A stretch of DNA of 64,000 nt from positions 352,001 to 416,000 of the forward strand of contig CAWCXJ010000013.1 in assembly GCA_963799485.1 (NCBI GenBank), written 5' to 3'. Origin of the DNA: an uncultured Trueperaceae bacterium (GTDB taxonomy: Bacteria; Deinococcota; Deinococci; Deinococcales; Trueperaceae). Under the pieces are notes generated by a model that searched no databases, had not been told where the DNA came from, and saw only the letters and a list, made by a program, of their open reading frames with translations. Position numbers and translations under genes: made by a program. This document shows, one piece after another, positions 9,447 to 20,301 of this stretch. The first letter of the stretch is position 1, and every line of letters begins with the position of its first letter.

Positions 9447-10694
9447 CTAGCGGAGCTGAGCCTCGAGTTCATCGCTAAACATCTGGACGGCTTGATCTGC
9501 CGGGAGCTGCCCGTTGACGGATGGTTCTAAAAAGTTACCCACTGCGTCGTAAATGGGTGACGCAACGCCCGCGATCGTCGAGCGGGGATCGAACACGGCG
9601 GTGTCGGCGAGTACCGCGTAGGTCGCGTTGGGCTCTAACTTTTGGTATTCAGGGCTAGCGACCACGGGTTTGTATGCAGGAATATGCCCAGCGCCCGCCC
9701 ACATAATGCTGTTTTTATTCATCCAGGCGATCACTTCTAAAACCGCGGCACGCTTCTCGGGGCTCATATCGCCGCTAGGAATAGCGAAGGTGTGCGAATC
9801 GGCCCAGGTCGCAGGTTGGTCGAAAAGGGTAGGAATAGCCACGGCACCCCAGTCGAAAAGCTGGTCTTTAGCGGCCAGGTCGACCATAGTCGGCACTTCC
9901 CAAACACCGTTGATCATAAAGGCCGCCTCGCCTTGCGTAAACAGCGCGACAGAATCCGCGTAAGCTACATTTTTTCTGGCGTAGCCTTGCGCTACCCAGT
10001 CGTCCATCGCGCTGAGCGCAGTCGTCGCCGGGTCACCTAATACAACCTCGTTGTTCTCGATAACCTTACCGCCCTGCTGCGAGAGCAGCGTGTAAAAGAC
10101 GCGCCAGACCGTTCCCGAATCAGCGGAATTCGACATCGACAGCGGCAACTTGCCCGTCTCTGCAATCTTTGCCAGAGCCGCGTTGAAGTTGTCGATACCG
10201 TCCAACCCTGTAGGCAAACCGTCATCACCCAACAGGCCCGCCTGACTCAAGATATCTTTGTTGTAATACAAGATGATCGAGTGAACATCGAGCGGAACAC
10301 CGTACATCTGACCGTCGAAGGTCGCTGCTTCGACCAGATTTTCCGGGTAATCGCTTTTGGAAAGCCCGACGCTCGCGAGTTCTTCATCGGTAATGGGGCT
10401 GAGGACGCCCTGCTCGAGCCCCAGCGGATAACGCGAGAGGTGGTACGTCATGATGTCCGGCCCCTGCCCGGTCGCCACCGAGGTCTGCACTTTGGTGTAG
10501 AAGGGAACGCCCCACTCGAGCGTCGTCGGGGTGATCTTGATGTCGGGACGGCTTTGATTAAAGCTGTCGATCATCGCCTTCATCCGCACGCCGTCACCAC
10601 CCGACAAAAAGTCCCACCAAACGACTTCGGTCTGGGCAAACGCCAAACCGAACGATCCCAAAAAAGCCCCAACAAGCCATAACTTTAAGCGCAT
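9447..10694 (-). CDS. Sugar ABC transporter substrate-binding protein (probably arabino-oligosaccharides)
   Basis: Signal peptide, GQGPDI, YGVPLD and INGVWE family-1 SBP features; operon context. Confidence 0.9.
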   Translation of the reverse strand: MRLKLWLVGAFLGSFGLAFAQTEVVWWDFLSGGDGVRMKAMIDSFNQSRPDIKITPTTLEWGVPFYTKVQTSVATGQGPDIMTYHLSRYPLGLEQGVLSPITDEELASVGLSKSDYPENLVEAATFDGQMYGVPLDVHSIILYYNKDILSQAGLLGDDGLPTGLDGIDNFNAALAKIAETGKLPLSMSNSADSGTVWRVFYTLLSQQGGKVIENNEVVLGDPATTALSAMDDWVAQGYARKNVAYADSVALFTQGEAAFMINGVWEVPTMVDLAAKDQLFDWGAVAIPTLFDQPATWADSHTFAIPSGDMSPEKRAAVLEVIAWMNKNSIMWAGAGHIPAYKPVVASPEYQKLEPNATYAVLADTAVFDPRSTIAGVASPIYDAVGNFLEPSVNGQLPADQAVQMFSDELEAQLR

Positions 10695-10925
10695 CTCGTC
10701 TCCTCGATTTTACGTAAACAGCCGCCATACAGCGCATATTCGTAAGGTTGTTTGTCCCGGTCGTCTACTTTTTTACTTCTTTCACCCCCTCACAGGCAGG
10801 TCGCCTGGGCTTGGAGTAGATGTAGTACGAGCGTCCGCAGAAATGAAGCGAGGCGCACCTCTGCGTCAATGTCGAGCTGGCGTATCGTCTACAGGTGGCC
10901 CCGCTACTTTGGGCGACCTCTTCTA

Positions 10926-10970
10926 GATGTGAACGATCACATCATAGGAGTCACCTGGCTGGTTTGTCAA
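10926..10970 (-). promoter_or_regulatory. Promoter of the ABC/GH operon with operator
   Basis: TTGACA(10970-10965)-18-TATGAT(10946-10941), overlapped by the palindrome GATGTGAACGATCACATC (10926-10943). Confidence 0.8.
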
Positions 10971-11234
10971 GTTTCGACGCTCTTCTTTGTCAGCAAAACG
11001 GTACTCGCATCACCAGGTACTCGCAGCCCGGCAGATAGCGAACACCTACCGGGACTTGTAACGCTCAGATGACGGCGCACGCGTTTCAAGCGATAAGCTG
11101 TACTCCGCAGCACCAATGCGTAAGTTCGGCAACTGATTTTGGACAAGCCGATTTGACAGGTCGGCACCCTGTTCAAACCGCTTAGCACACCCTCACCATC
11201 TTTAGCACCCCGACCAGCTGTAGCAAGCAGCTGT

Positions 11235-11885
11235 TCACTGCCCGTAAACCGTCGTATAACGCTGATGAAGCTTCGCAATATCGTCTTCGGTAAGCTGTAG
11301 CGGCGTCCCGAGTTGCAGGGCCAACCACGCGGTGCGCGCCACGTCCTCACACATGACCGCCGCCTTGACCGCTTCCCTGGGCGTTTTACCGATAGCAAAC
11401 ACGCCGTGGTTCTGCATGATAATCGCCGGAGATTTGTGATTTTTCAGTACCCGCACAACCTCCTCCCCGATCTCTTCACCGCCGATCAAAGCAAACCCGC
11501 CCAGCGGAATCGGCCCGCCGAACTCGTCGGCCATCGCCGTTAAAAAGCAGGGAATCTCCCGGCCTACTGCCGCAAACGCCGTCGCGTAGCGGCTGTGGGT
11601 GTGAACGACGCCGCCGACCTCGGGCAGATGGCGGTAGATGTAGGCGTGCGTCGCTGTGTCCGACGAAGGTTTGTAACGGCCCCCGAGGACGTTGGCCCCC
11701 AAGTCGGTCTGCACCATGCTCTCCGGCGTCAGTTCGTCAAAGGCCAGACCACTCGGTTTGATGAGCAGGGTGTTCGTTTCGGGGTCTCGAGCGCTGAGGT
11801 TGCCGCTCGTCCAGGCGACGAGTTCGTTGGCGGGCAAGAGCGCGTGCAGGTCGCAGACGGTTTTCCGGAGGGACTCGAGGCTCAC
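11235..11885 (-). CDS. araD: L-ribulose-5-phosphate 4-epimerase
   Basis: Class II aldolase motifs WTSGNLS, IKPSG, PSSDT, HTHS and NHG. Confidence 0.93.
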   Translation of the reverse strand: MSLESLRKTVCDLHALLPANELVAWTSGNLSARDPETNTLLIKPSGLAFDELTPESMVQTDLGANVLGGRYKPSSDTATHAYIYRHLPEVGGVVHTHSRYATAFAAVGREIPCFLTAMADEFGGPIPLGGFALIGGEEIGEEVVRVLKNHKSPAIIMQNHGVFAIGKTPREAVKAAVMCEDVARTAWLALQLGTPLQLTEDDIAKLHQRYTTVYGQ

Positions 11886-13612
11886 TTGCTCACCTCGTCG
11901 CGTACCCCGGTTTCGCGTACCCCGGCTTCGACCGAGTGTGCTTCGGTCGGCGTGGCAGCACCGCCCCGCAACTCACGCAAGCGTTTCATCACCCCACCCG
12001 GCTCCTCGGCGGTACTCCGACCGAACAGGTCGTGCAGGTAGCAGTAGTCGGTGTAAAGCCCGTTGTAAAGCGCGACATTTTCCGGGATGGGCCGGTACCT
12101 TACGTCGCTCAGCCCACCCATACGGGCGGCGGCCGCGGCAATGTCGGCGTAAGCTCCGGCAGCCACCGCCGCGTGCATGGCGCTGCCCAAAGCCGGCCCC
12201 TGCTGGCTACGTATCACATAAATCTCGCGCTGGCACACGTCGGCGTAGATTTGCATCATCAGCGGGTTTTTGTCGGGTAGCCCCCCGGCAGCGATGATCT
12301 TGGTGACGGGCACGCCGCTACGCTCAAACGTCTCGATGATGATGCGTTTGCTGTAGGCGGTGGCCTCGAGGAGCGCCCGGTAGATGTCCGGGGCGCGCGT
12401 CGCCAGGGTCATGCCGACAAGGAGTCCCGACAGCTCGGCATCGACCAGCACGCTGCGGTTGCCGTTGAACCAGTCGAGCGCCAGCAGGCCGTGTTCACCC
12501 GGACGCTGCGCGGCGGCTTCGTCGGCGAACAGGCGGTGAACATCTTTTCCGGCAGCGGCGGCTTTTTCGGTGTACTCGCACGGCACACACTGCTTGACGA
12601 ACCACGCGAAGACATCCCCGACGCCGCTCTGTCCCGCTTCGTAGCCGTAGTAACCGGGAACGATCCCACCATCGACGACGCCGCACATCCCTTCAGGCTC
12701 ATGAAGCTCCTCGGCAACCAGAACGTCACAGGTCGAGGTGCCCATAATCATCACGAAAGTACCCGGCGCGACCTCGCCGGTTGCAGGCAAGGTCACGTGC
12801 GCGTCCACGTTCGCTACAGCGACCGCCGTACCGGGATTCAGACCTGTCCAGCCTGCCGCTGCTTCGCTTAAAATCCCGGCTTTTGCGCCCAAAGGGACTA
12901 ATTCCCGTGACATCTTGGTAGCTACTACATCAGCAAAGTCGGGGTTCAGCGCCGCAAAATACGCGCGGGAGGGAAAAGTGCCGTCTTGATAGATGGCTTT
13001 GTAGCCGGCAGTGCAGGCGTTGCGCGTTTCGACGCCGGTTAGCTGCCAGACGAGCCAGTCCGCAGCCTCGATAAGCCGGTCGGCTCGAGCGTAAACCGCG
13101 GGCGCTTCTTCTAGAATCTGCAGGGCCTTGCTAAAAAACCACTCGCTGCTGATCTTGCCGCCGTAACGCGGCAACCAGGTCTCCCCCAATTTGCGGGCGG
13201 TCTCATTGATACGGTCGGCCTGCGGCTGCGCGGCGTGGTGTTTCCAGAGTTTGACCCATGCGTGCGGCTCGCTCCTCAACTCCGGCAAACGGCACAGCGG
13301 CGTCCCGTCTTTAAGCGTCGGCAGCATCGTACACGCCGTAAAATCAATCGCAACGCCGATCACTTCGTCCGGCGCGACGCCGCTTTGGGCGAGCACCGCC
13401 GGGACGGTCTGTTTAAGCACCTCGAGGTAATCGTCCGGGTTTTGCAGCGCCCAGTCGTTCGGCAGCTTTGTCCCGTCCGGCAAGGCGCGGTCCAGCACAC
13501 CGTCGCCGTAGGGGTGAACCGCCGTGGCGATTTCCGCACCGTCCGAAACGCGTACCAAGAGCGCGCGCCCCGACTCGGTACCGTAATCGATACCCACCGT
13601 GTATGTTGTCAA
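11882..13612 (-). CDS. araB: Ribulokinase
   Basis: GIDYGTESGR, DFTACT, KLWKHHAAQ, YGGKISSEW and DWFNGNRS; TTG start after GGAGG. Confidence 0.95.
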   Translation of the reverse strand: MTTYTVGIDYGTESGRALLVRVSDGAEIATAVHPYGDGVLDRALPDGTKLPNDWALQNPDDYLEVLKQTVPAVLAQSGVAPDEVIGVAIDFTACTMLPTLKDGTPLCRLPELRSEPHAWVKLWKHHAAQPQADRINETARKLGETWLPRYGGKISSEWFFSKALQILEEAPAVYARADRLIEAADWLVWQLTGVETRNACTAGYKAIYQDGTFPSRAYFAALNPDFADVVATKMSRELVPLGAKAGILSEAAAGWTGLNPGTAVAVANVDAHVTLPATGEVAPGTFVMIMGTSTCDVLVAEELHEPEGMCGVVDGGIVPGYYGYEAGQSGVGDVFAWFVKQCVPCEYTEKAAAAGKDVHRLFADEAAAQRPGEHGLLALDWFNGNRSVLVDAELSGLLVGMTLATRAPDIYRALLEATAYSKRIIIETFERSGVPVTKIIAAGGLPDKNPLMMQIYADVCQREIYVIRSQQGPALGSAMHAAVAAGAYADIAAAAARMGGLSDVRYRPIPENVALYNGLYTDYCYLHDLFGRSTAEEPGGVMKRLRELRGGAATPTEAHSVEAGVRETGVRDEVSK

Positions 13613-13702
13613 AAGAAGCCTCCGTTTCGCGTGTCCTCGAGCCCAACGCCAGCTACCTGCTCTATACGGTGAGCCGACCCCGGTACCACCTCACCCGAAA
13701 AC

Positions 13703-13746
13703 TTGTGAACGTTCACAATTTAGCACAAGGCGGAAGGAAGCGTCAA
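13703..13746 (-). promoter_or_regulatory. araBD promoter with operator
   Basis: TTGACG(13746-13741)-18-TAAATT with an extended TG; overlapping perfect palindrome TTGTGAACGTTCACAA at 13703-13718. Confidence 0.8.
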
Positions 13747-13995
13747 CGCGCCGGGCCAGAACTCTAGCTGATACGTTGAGCAGTCGTTACAAAAACCCCG
13801 AATCAGCGCCGTAAACGCTGTCACGGGTCGGCCCCGAGCTGAAACTTGCGACCCGCTGCTCGAGCCGCCCAGTCACGGGCTTGCCGACACGGGCTTGCCG
13901 GTACAAGGAGCCGCCCGGTGCCCTCGTTCACCCACCCTCAACCCTTAGTTATTAAGGTATACTGCCCCGATTTCCCCACGTCCGGGAGGGTGAAG

Positions 13996-16866
13996 ATGGC
14001 TGAAACGCGCATAACCGTCAAGGGTGCCAAGCACCACAACCTGAAAAATATCGACGTCACGATTCCCCGTGACAAGCTCGTGGTGATTACGGGCGTTTCG
14101 GGTTCGGGCAAGTCGAGTTTGGCCTTCGATACGATTTACGCCGAGGGTCAAAGGCGTTACGTCGAAAGTCTGTCGGCCTACGCGCGGCAATTTTTAGGCC
14201 AGATGGAAAAACCTAAAGTGGACTACATCGGCGGCCTGTCGCCCGCGATTGCCATCGAGCAGAAAACAGTCTCGAAAAACCCGCGTTCGACGGTGGCCAC
14301 CGTGACCGAAGTGATGGACTACCTGCGCGTGTTGTACGCCAATATCGGGACGCCGCACTGCCCGAATTGCGGGCGTGAGGTTCACGCCCAGAGCGCCGAG
14401 CAGATTGCCCAGCAACTTGCGGGGCTTCCTGTAGGCACCAAACTGCAACTGCTCGCGCCGGTCGTCCGTAACCGTAAAGGGACGCATGTCGAGGTCTTGG
14501 CTGAGGCCCGCTCGAGCGGCTTTGCTCGCGCCCGTATCAATGGCGATACAGTCAGCTTGAGCGGTGAGGTGAAGCTCGAGAAAAAGAACAAACACACGGT
14601 TGAAATCGTCGTTGACCGCCTCGTTATCCCGGAAAACGTCTCCAGCGACGAAGCCTTCTTGACCCGCCTGACCGATTCGGTTGAAACGACGCTCAAAACC
14701 GCCGACGGTCTCTTGCTGGCAAACTACGAAGGCACCGACCAGCTCATGAGCGAACACAACGCCTGCCCACACTGCGACATTTCATTTCCTGAGCTGAGTA
14801 CGCAGATGTTTTCGTTCAACTCGCCGCTCGGGATGTGCGAAACGTGTCACGGACTGGGTGCCAGCATGGACGTAGACCCGGCGCTGCTTGTGGCCGACGA
14901 AACCCTGAGCTTAAACGACGGGGCGCTCCGCTATTACGGCGAACTCCGTAAAAAAGAGGGCTGGACGGTCTCCACGGTTGAGAGTATCGCGCAGCATTAT
15001 GACTTTGACCTCGAGACCCCCTGGCGAGACCTGCCCGAAACGGGTCGGCACGCCCTCCTCTACGGGTCGGGCGGTAAACCCATCGAGTTCGTCAACCGCA
15101 CCGTAAAAGGCTATACCCGCCGCAGGAAGCGGCCCCTTTACGGCGTTGTCTACAACATCAAAAAGCAGTATCAGGAGACGCAAAACGAAGATGTGCGCGA
15201 GTGGTACGAGAGCTTTATGCGCGAGCTGCCGTGCGAGAGTTGCGGCGGGGCGCGGTTGGCCCCGGCTGGGCGGAGCGTTACTGTCGGCGGGACTTCGCTA
15301 CCCGACCTGAGCGCCCTCAGCATCGGTGAGGCGCACGCCTGGATTACCCGCTTGCCGGAGATTTTGGACGCGCACCAAAACGAAGTCGCCGAAGAGGTCA
15401 TCAAGGAGATTCGGGAACGGCTCGGGTTTATGCTCAACGTCGGCTTGCACTACCTCACACTTGCCCGCAAAGCCGGAACCCTTTCAGGTGGCGAAGGGCA
15501 GCGTATCCGGTTAGCGTCGCAGATCGGCTCGGGCTTGATGGGCGTGCTGTACATCTTGGATGAGCCGAGTATCGGGCTACATGCAAGGGACAACGAAGCG
15601 TTGATTCAAACCCTCGAGCGCCTCCGCGATATGGGCAACACCGTGCTGGTCGTCGAACACGACGAAGAGACGATGGCGCGGGCCGATTACATCCTCGATT
15701 TGGGGCCGGGTGCCGGGGTCAAAGGCGGCGCACTGGTCGCGGCTGGAACACCCAAACAACTCGCCAAAAACAAAAAGAGCCTGACGGGTAAGTATTTAAG
15801 TGGTGATTTGGTCATTCAACCGCCGCATCCTGAGAGAAGATTGGGGAAGGGGTGGCTCGAGCTTTCCGGCGCGACGCTCAACAATTTACGGGGCGTCAGT
15901 GCCCGCCTCCCCCTCGGCACCCTGACGTGCGTGACCGGCGTGTCCGGCTCCGGCAAATCGAGCCTCGTTACGGGAACGCTCTACCCGGCGCTGGCCCGGC
16001 TCTTAAACGGCGCAGTCGTGACGCCGGGGCCGTATAAGAAACTGGACGGCCTAGACGACCTCGACAAAATCATTCACATCACCCAAGACCCCATCGGACG
16101 CACCCCACGCAGCAACCCCGCGACCTACGCGGGCGTGTTCGACAACATCCGCGACGTGTTTGCGATGTTGCCCGAAGCCAAAAAACGCGGCTATCCGAAG
16201 GGGCGGTTTTCGTTTAACGTCAAGGGGGGCCGCTGCGAAACGTGCGGCGGGCACGGCTCGATTCAGATTGAGATGCACTTTTTAGCCGACGTGTGGGTGA
16301 CGTGCAAAGATTGCGGCGGCAAACGCTACAACCGCGAGACGCTGCAGGTGAAGTATAAAGGCAAAACGATTGCCGACGTACTCGATATGGACGTGCAGGA
16401 AGCCCTGACGTTCTTTGAAGCGCACCCTAAAATCAACCGGGTACTGCAGACGCTTTACGACGTGGGGCTCGAGTACATCAAGCTCGGTCAGTCGGCGCTG
16501 ACTTTTTCCGGCGGTGAAGCGCAGCGTATCAAGCTCGCCAAGGAACTGTCCAAACGTGCGACCGGCAAAACCGTCTATATTCTGGATGAACCGACAACCG
16601 GCCTGCACTTTGCCGATATTCAAAAACTCTTAGAAGTCCTGCACCGCCTTGTAGACCAGGGCAACACGGTGATTGTCATCGAACACAATCTGGACGTGAT
16701 TAAAACCTCGGATTATCTCGTTGACCTCGGGCCGGAAGGGGGCGACGGCGGCGGGGTGTTGGTGGCGCAGGGGACGCCGGAAGAGGTGGCGGCGGTAGAG
16801 GAGAGTCATACCGGGCGGTTTTTGCGGAAGGTGGTGACGCCGGTTAGGGAAGAGGTAGCGGCATAA
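13996..16866 (+). CDS. uvrA: Excinuclease ABC subunit A
   Basis: Two [11 protein letters not shown]alker A motifs, SGGE signatures, LDEP, zinc fingers; ATG at 13996 after GGAGG. Confidence 0.97.
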   Translation: MAETRITVKGAKHHNLKNIDVTIPRDKLVVITGVSGSGKSSLAFDTIYAEGQRRYVESLSAYARQFLGQMEKPKVDYIGGLSPAIAIEQKTVSKNPRSTVATVTEVMDYLRVLYANIGTPHCPNCGREVHAQSAEQIAQQLAGLPVGTKLQLLAPVVRNRKGTHVEVLAEARSSGFARARINGDTVSLSGEVKLEKKNKHTVEIVVDRLVIPENVSSDEAFLTRLTDSVETTLKTADGLLLANYEGTDQLMSEHNACPHCDISFPELSTQMFSFNSPLGMCETCHGLGASMDVDPALLVADETLSLNDGALRYYGELRKKEGWTVSTVESIAQHYDFDLETPWRDLPETGRHALLYGSGGKPIEFVNRTVKGYTRRRKRPLYGVVYNIKKQYQETQNEDVREWYESFMRELPCESCGGARLAPAGRSVTVGGTSLPDLSALSIGEAHAWITRLPEILDAHQNEVAEEVIKEIRERLGFMLNVGLHYLTLARKAGTLSGGEGQRIRLASQIGSGLMGVLYILDEPSIGLHARDNEALIQTLERLRDMGNTVLVVEHDEETMARADYILDLGPGAGVKGGALVAAGTPKQLAKNKKSLTGKYLSGDLVIQPPHPERRLGKGWLELSGATLNNLRGVSARLPLGTLTCVTGVSGSGKSSLVTGTLYPALARLLNGAVVTPGPYKKLDGLDDLDKIIHITQDPIGRTPRSNPATYAGVFDNIRDVFAMLPEAKKRGYPKGRFSFNVKGGRCETCGGHGSIQIEMHFLADVWVTCKDCGGKRYNRETLQVKYKGKTIADVLDMDVQEALTFFEAHPKINRVLQTLYDVGLEYIKLGQSALTFSGGEAQRIKLAKELSKRATGKTVYILDEPTTGLHFADIQKLLEVLHRLVDQGNTVIVIEHNLDVIKTSDYLVDLGPEGGDGGGVLVAQGTPEEVAAVEESHTGRFLRKVVTPVREEVAA

Positions 16867-16879
16867 CCATATAGACCGC

Positions 16880-17269
16880 TCAAAGGCTATTCAGAAACCG
16901 GAAGTCGTAGCTGAACAGCCTTGAAAGCTGACGTAAAGCAAACATGCCAGCAAAAATAGCGTTAAAAAAGTTCTCTCGTACTGCTTTTTTCCACAGGTAT
17001 AGGCAGCGTAAATAGGTATAGGCAGCGTAATACAAAGGAATTATATGAACTAGGTAGCTGAGGAAAGCACCGAATCCGCCCAGCCACTTTAACGGCGGAT
17101 AGTAGGTTAAGCCTAAAGGAACGAGAAAAAGAAAGGCTATACCGCCTGCGATGCCTGGAAAAAATATGAAAGCAACAACGCAAGAGAGGATGACAAGAAC
17201 AAGTATCCACTGACCGCGAGAGAATTCAGGCACATGAGAGTTTAGACTACTAGCTCTGCTGTAGGTCAT
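16880..17269 (-). CDS. Hypothetical membrane protein (AT-rich)
   Basis: 129-aa hydrophobic ORF with lower GC than its neighbours; no motif recognised. Confidence 0.55.
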   Translation of the reverse strand: MTYSRASSLNSHVPEFSRGQWILVLVILSCVVAFIFFPGIAGGIAFLFLVPLGLTYYPPLKWLGGFGAFLSYLVHIIPLYYAAYTYLRCLYLWKKAVRENFFNAIFAGMFALRQLSRLFSYDFRFLNSL

Positions 17270-17480
17270 GAAATATCAGGCTTTACCAGCTAGGAAAAAA
17301 ATCCCCGATGAACAATTTTTTCTGCTGGTTTCATGTACTCGAGGACGAGCTTAACCACGATGGGCAGATCAAGATTTTGCGTAAAGAGATTGAACTTTCT
17401 ACAGTCTAGAAGTTGTCACCTTTGATACTGGACGCGAGCCTTCTAGAACACTCGAGTCGAACTAACGCCTAAAAGCCTTT

Positions 17481-17867
17481 TTACCACACGGTTTTTACGC
17501 TGTAGCGCCGCATATTCCCATCAGCACTCAGCAGCACCATACGCTCAGCGATAGCCTGCGAGATGAGCAGGCGGTCAAAAGGATCACCGTGATGCGGCGG
17601 CAGGTGGAGAATGCCCTGGCAGTGAGCCTTGTTGATCTCGAGCCACCCGATACTGTTGGCAGCGAGTTCGGTGTCCAGCGCTTCTTGCCAACCGTGCGCT
17701 AAGCCCAGCTTGCCCAAAGCCTGTTTGATGCAAATTTCCCAGTAGCTCGCCGCACTGAAAAAGAGTTCGTTTTCCGGCTCCAGAAAGATAGCGGTTGCCT
17801 CTTTGCTCACACGCTCGTCACCCTGAACCAACCACAAAAAGGCGTGGGTGTCGAGCAGAACCTTCAC
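17481..17867 (-). CDS. vapC: VapC-family PIN toxin
   Basis: LLDTHAFLW, SYWEI, HHGDPFDRLLISQA, SAD. Confidence 0.92.
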   Translation of the reverse strand: MKVLLDTHAFLWLVQGDERVSKEATAIFLEPENELFFSAASYWEICIKQALGKLGLAHGWQEALDTELAANSIGWLEINKAHCQGILHLPPHHGDPFDRLLISQAIAERMVLLSADGNMRRYSVKTVW

Positions 17868-18094
17868 GGCTGGTAGTCCCCAAATACCTCCAGCGGTTCG
17901 TCGAAATCTTCAGCCATGTATTCGACAAGTCCGCTCGCACCGCCGATTCGCCGCACCTTGCGTTGCCCCGGTAGGGGGACAAGCTTAACGAGTGGTTCCT
18001 TGCCCCTGGCGATGATGATTTCCTCCCCCGCCAGAGCTTGTTTAATGAGCCTGGAAAGCTGAGTTTTGGCTTCGTGGATAGTGACTCGAGTCAT
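17864..18094 (-). CDS. Phd/YefM-family antitoxin
   Basis: VTIHEAKTQLSRLI...GEEIIIAR...DFDEPL; overlaps the toxin start. Confidence 0.92.
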   Translation of the reverse strand: MTRVTIHEAKTQLSRLIKQALAGEEIIIARGKEPLVKLVPLPGQRKVRRIGGASGLVEYMAEDFDEPLEVFGDYQP

Positions 18095-18100
18095 ACCTTG

Positions 18101-18129
18101 ATACTAGCTAAGTCGCTGGGCTAAGTCAA
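18101..18129 (-). promoter_or_regulatory. Leaderless TA promoter with direct repeats
   Basis: TTGACT-17-TAGTAT-6-ATG; two GACTTAGC direct repeats (18107-18114 and 18120-18127), likely autoregulatory sites. Confidence 0.7.
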
Positions 18130-18215
18130 GATCCATGTTAGAACCTATAGGGAGTTTTTACGGCTCGCGCCTCTTGCGCTGGAGCCGAGCCTCGAGCCTG
18201 TTCAAAAACCGAAAC

Positions 18216-19049
18216 TCAACGCACCGACGCGGTGTACAAGCGCCTCGAGACCTCCGCGATCAGCATCATCCCCTCTTGCTCGACGTAAAAGCGTTTATCC
18301 GAAGACCCGCTTGTCATAACGACAAGTGCGTAAAGCGGCTGCCCGGCCCGAAACACAACCCCGGCGTCGTGCCACAAGCCGCTCAAACAACCGCTTTTCG
18401 AGGCCACTTCGACCAGTGGCGTATCGAGGTCGGCGTCGGTCGGCAGGTAACGGGCGAGGGCTTCGGTAAACTGCTGTTTTTTCAGGATGTTTAGGGCCAG
18501 CTCGGTTTCGGGCGGGGGCAAGAGGTCGCCGCGCACTAGACCCAGAAGTAGCCCCAGCATGTCGGCGGCGCAGGTCGTGTTGCGTTCACCGCGCCGCTGG
18601 GCTTCGTTGTGTTCGGCTTCGGGTAGTTGTAATTTGCCGACTAAAGTTGTAGCGCGAAACCCGTGTTGCCGGCAAAAGGTGTTGACTGCGCCCAGCCCGA
18701 CTCGCTCAATCAGCATATTCGTCGCGGTGTTGTCGCTGACGATAATCATCAGGGTCAAAAGGTCGCGCAGCGTCGGTTCCAAACCTGCCTGCAGGGTATG
18801 CAAGACGCCGGAACCCGCTACCTGGTCGGTTGTTTTTAGTGGGACACGTTCTTTTAAGTCAAGTTTTCTTTGGGCCACACGCTCCAAAACCGTCAGCAAA
18901 ATCGGCAGTTTGATCAGGCTCGCTGAGTGCATGGTTTCGGTGGCGCGGTAGGTGTACTTTTCAGGCCCGTCCAGCCGCGCGTAGGCGACGCTCACCCGAC
19001 CGGAAAATTCATCAAAAAGCGGGGTCAGTTCGGCAGCAAGATCACTCAC
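18216..19049 (-). CDS. Class A beta-lactamase-like serine hydrolase
   Basis: SLIK (SxxK), SDN and KSG motifs; no signal peptide. Confidence 0.85.
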   Translation of the reverse strand: MSDLAAELTPLFDEFSGRVSVAYARLDGPEKYTYRATETMHSASLIKLPILLTVLERVAQRKLDLKERVPLKTTDQVAGSGVLHTLQAGLEPTLRDLLTLMIIVSDNTATNMLIERVGLGAVNTFCRQHGFRATTLVGKLQLPEAEHNEAQRRGERNTTCAADMLGLLLGLVRGDLLPPPETELALNILKKQQFTEALARYLPTDADLDTPLVEVASKSGCLSGLWHDAGVVFRAGQPLYALVVMTSGSSDKRFYVEQEGMMLIAEVSRRLYTASVR

Positions 19050-20208
19050 GCTCGAGCCTCCACAAGTCTTCTATACGCTCACGTTCGGTCACGAGGCGCA
19101 CCCGACCCGCTTCCAGCACCGCTTCCGCCGGACGCAGCGACGAGGCGTAGTGTGAACTCATGCTCAACCCGTAAGCGCCCGCTTCGGACACTGCCAAAAA
19201 GTCACCGGGAAGAACTTCAGGGAGCAGCACATCACGCCCCAAACGGTCGGCGTTTTCGCACAGCGGGCCGTCCACGTCTACAGTTTCCAACGGGCTGTCT
19301 TTGCCTAACGCGCGAATCGGGTGACGTGCGCCGTAAAGGGCCGGTCGTAAAAGCTCAGCCATGCCCGCGTCGCAAATCACGTGTTTTACGGGGCCGTTTT
19401 TGACGTGCAAGACTTTCGTCAGCAGCGTGCCGCTGTCCGCGACGAGAAAACGACCGGGCTCGAGTAACAGCCTTTTCGTCCCCGTAAACGGCGTGACCTT
19501 CGCCGTAAACGCCGCCAGCGGAAAATCCGGCACCGCAAAACCGCCGCCCAGGTCGAGCGTCGTGACGTGCGGAAACCGCTCTATCAACCTGCCCAACTGC
19601 CTGAACACCTCGTCATAAGCTGCAATTTCAGAGATTTGCGACCCGATATGGACGTGAAACCCGGCGAGTCTTGCGCCCAGGTGCCCGGCAACGTCAACGG
19701 TTTCGTCAAACGTCATGCCGAACTTCGACGTGGCTGCGCCCGTCGCCAGGTGCTCGTGCGTGCGCGGGTCGAGCGCCGGGTTGAGACGAACGAGAAACTT
19801 CGCTTCAGCCGGGTTCTGTAACCAAGTTTCAGCCTGAGAAACGCTGTCCAAGCTGACCCAGCCGACCTCGGCCTCCCTCGCCGCTTCGATCAAACCTCTG
19901 TCTTGCCGGGGGCCGCCCAGCAAGATACGTCCGGGTTGAATCCCGGCGCGGAGCGCCCTCGCCAGCTCCCCCCGGCTGATGACCTCTGCGCCGAGGCCGA
20001 GCCGGGCGAGATGACGCAGCACCGCGCCGCAAGGATTGGCTTTTACGGCAAAAAATAGGTCGGTGGCAGGGAAGGCTTTTCGCACCCGCATGACCTGATG
20101 GGTGATGATGTCCAGGTCGTAGACGTAAAGTGGCGTCCCGAAGCGGGTGGCAGCGTCGGCGAGCCGGGCGTCGGCAGCAGTTGACGTAGTTGGCATGGCG
20201 CGGGTCAT
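19042..20208 (-). CDS. lysA: Diaminopimelate decarboxylase-like PLP enzyme
   Basis: FGTPLYVYD, FAVKAN, SKFG, HVHIGSQ, DLGGG, EPGR, GPLCE and GAYG. Start at 20208 has TACGAT-5-ATG. Confidence 0.85.
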   Translation of the reverse strand: MTRAMPTTSTAADARLADAATRFGTPLYVYDLDIITHQVMRVRKAFPATDLFFAVKANPCGAVLRHLARLGLGAEVISRGELARALRAGIQPGRILLGGPRQDRGLIEAAREAEVGWVSLDSVSQAETWLQNPAEAKFLVRLNPALDPRTHEHLATGAATSKFGMTFDETVDVAGHLGARLAGFHVHIGSQISEIAAYDEVFRQLGRLIERFPHVTTLDLGGGFAVPDFPLAAFTAKVTPFTGTKRLLLEPGRFLVADSGTLLTKVLHVKNGPVKHVICDAGMAELLRPALYGARHPIRALGKDSPLETVDVDGPLCENADRLGRDVLLPEVLPGDFLAVSEAGAYGLSMSSHYASSLRPAEAVLEAGRVRLVTERERIEDLWRLERE

Positions 20209-20301
20209 GCCACATCGTAAAACGCGCGCACGGGTTTGCGCTCGAGCGCAAACCCGTGCAGACGCGTGAAGAGAACCTCGCCAAGCCGGTAAGCTGGTCT
20301 C

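Noticed and set aside
10971..11234. Possible gene or IS remnant between araD and the ABC promoter
   Set aside because: No recognisable motif, terminal repeat or credible start.
13943..13963. CCTTA-N5-TAAGG next to a TATACT box upstream of uvrA, as a DNA-damage operator
   Set aside because: The arms are only 5 bp, there is a single copy, and it does not match the SOS-box or Deinococcus RDRM consensus as I know them.
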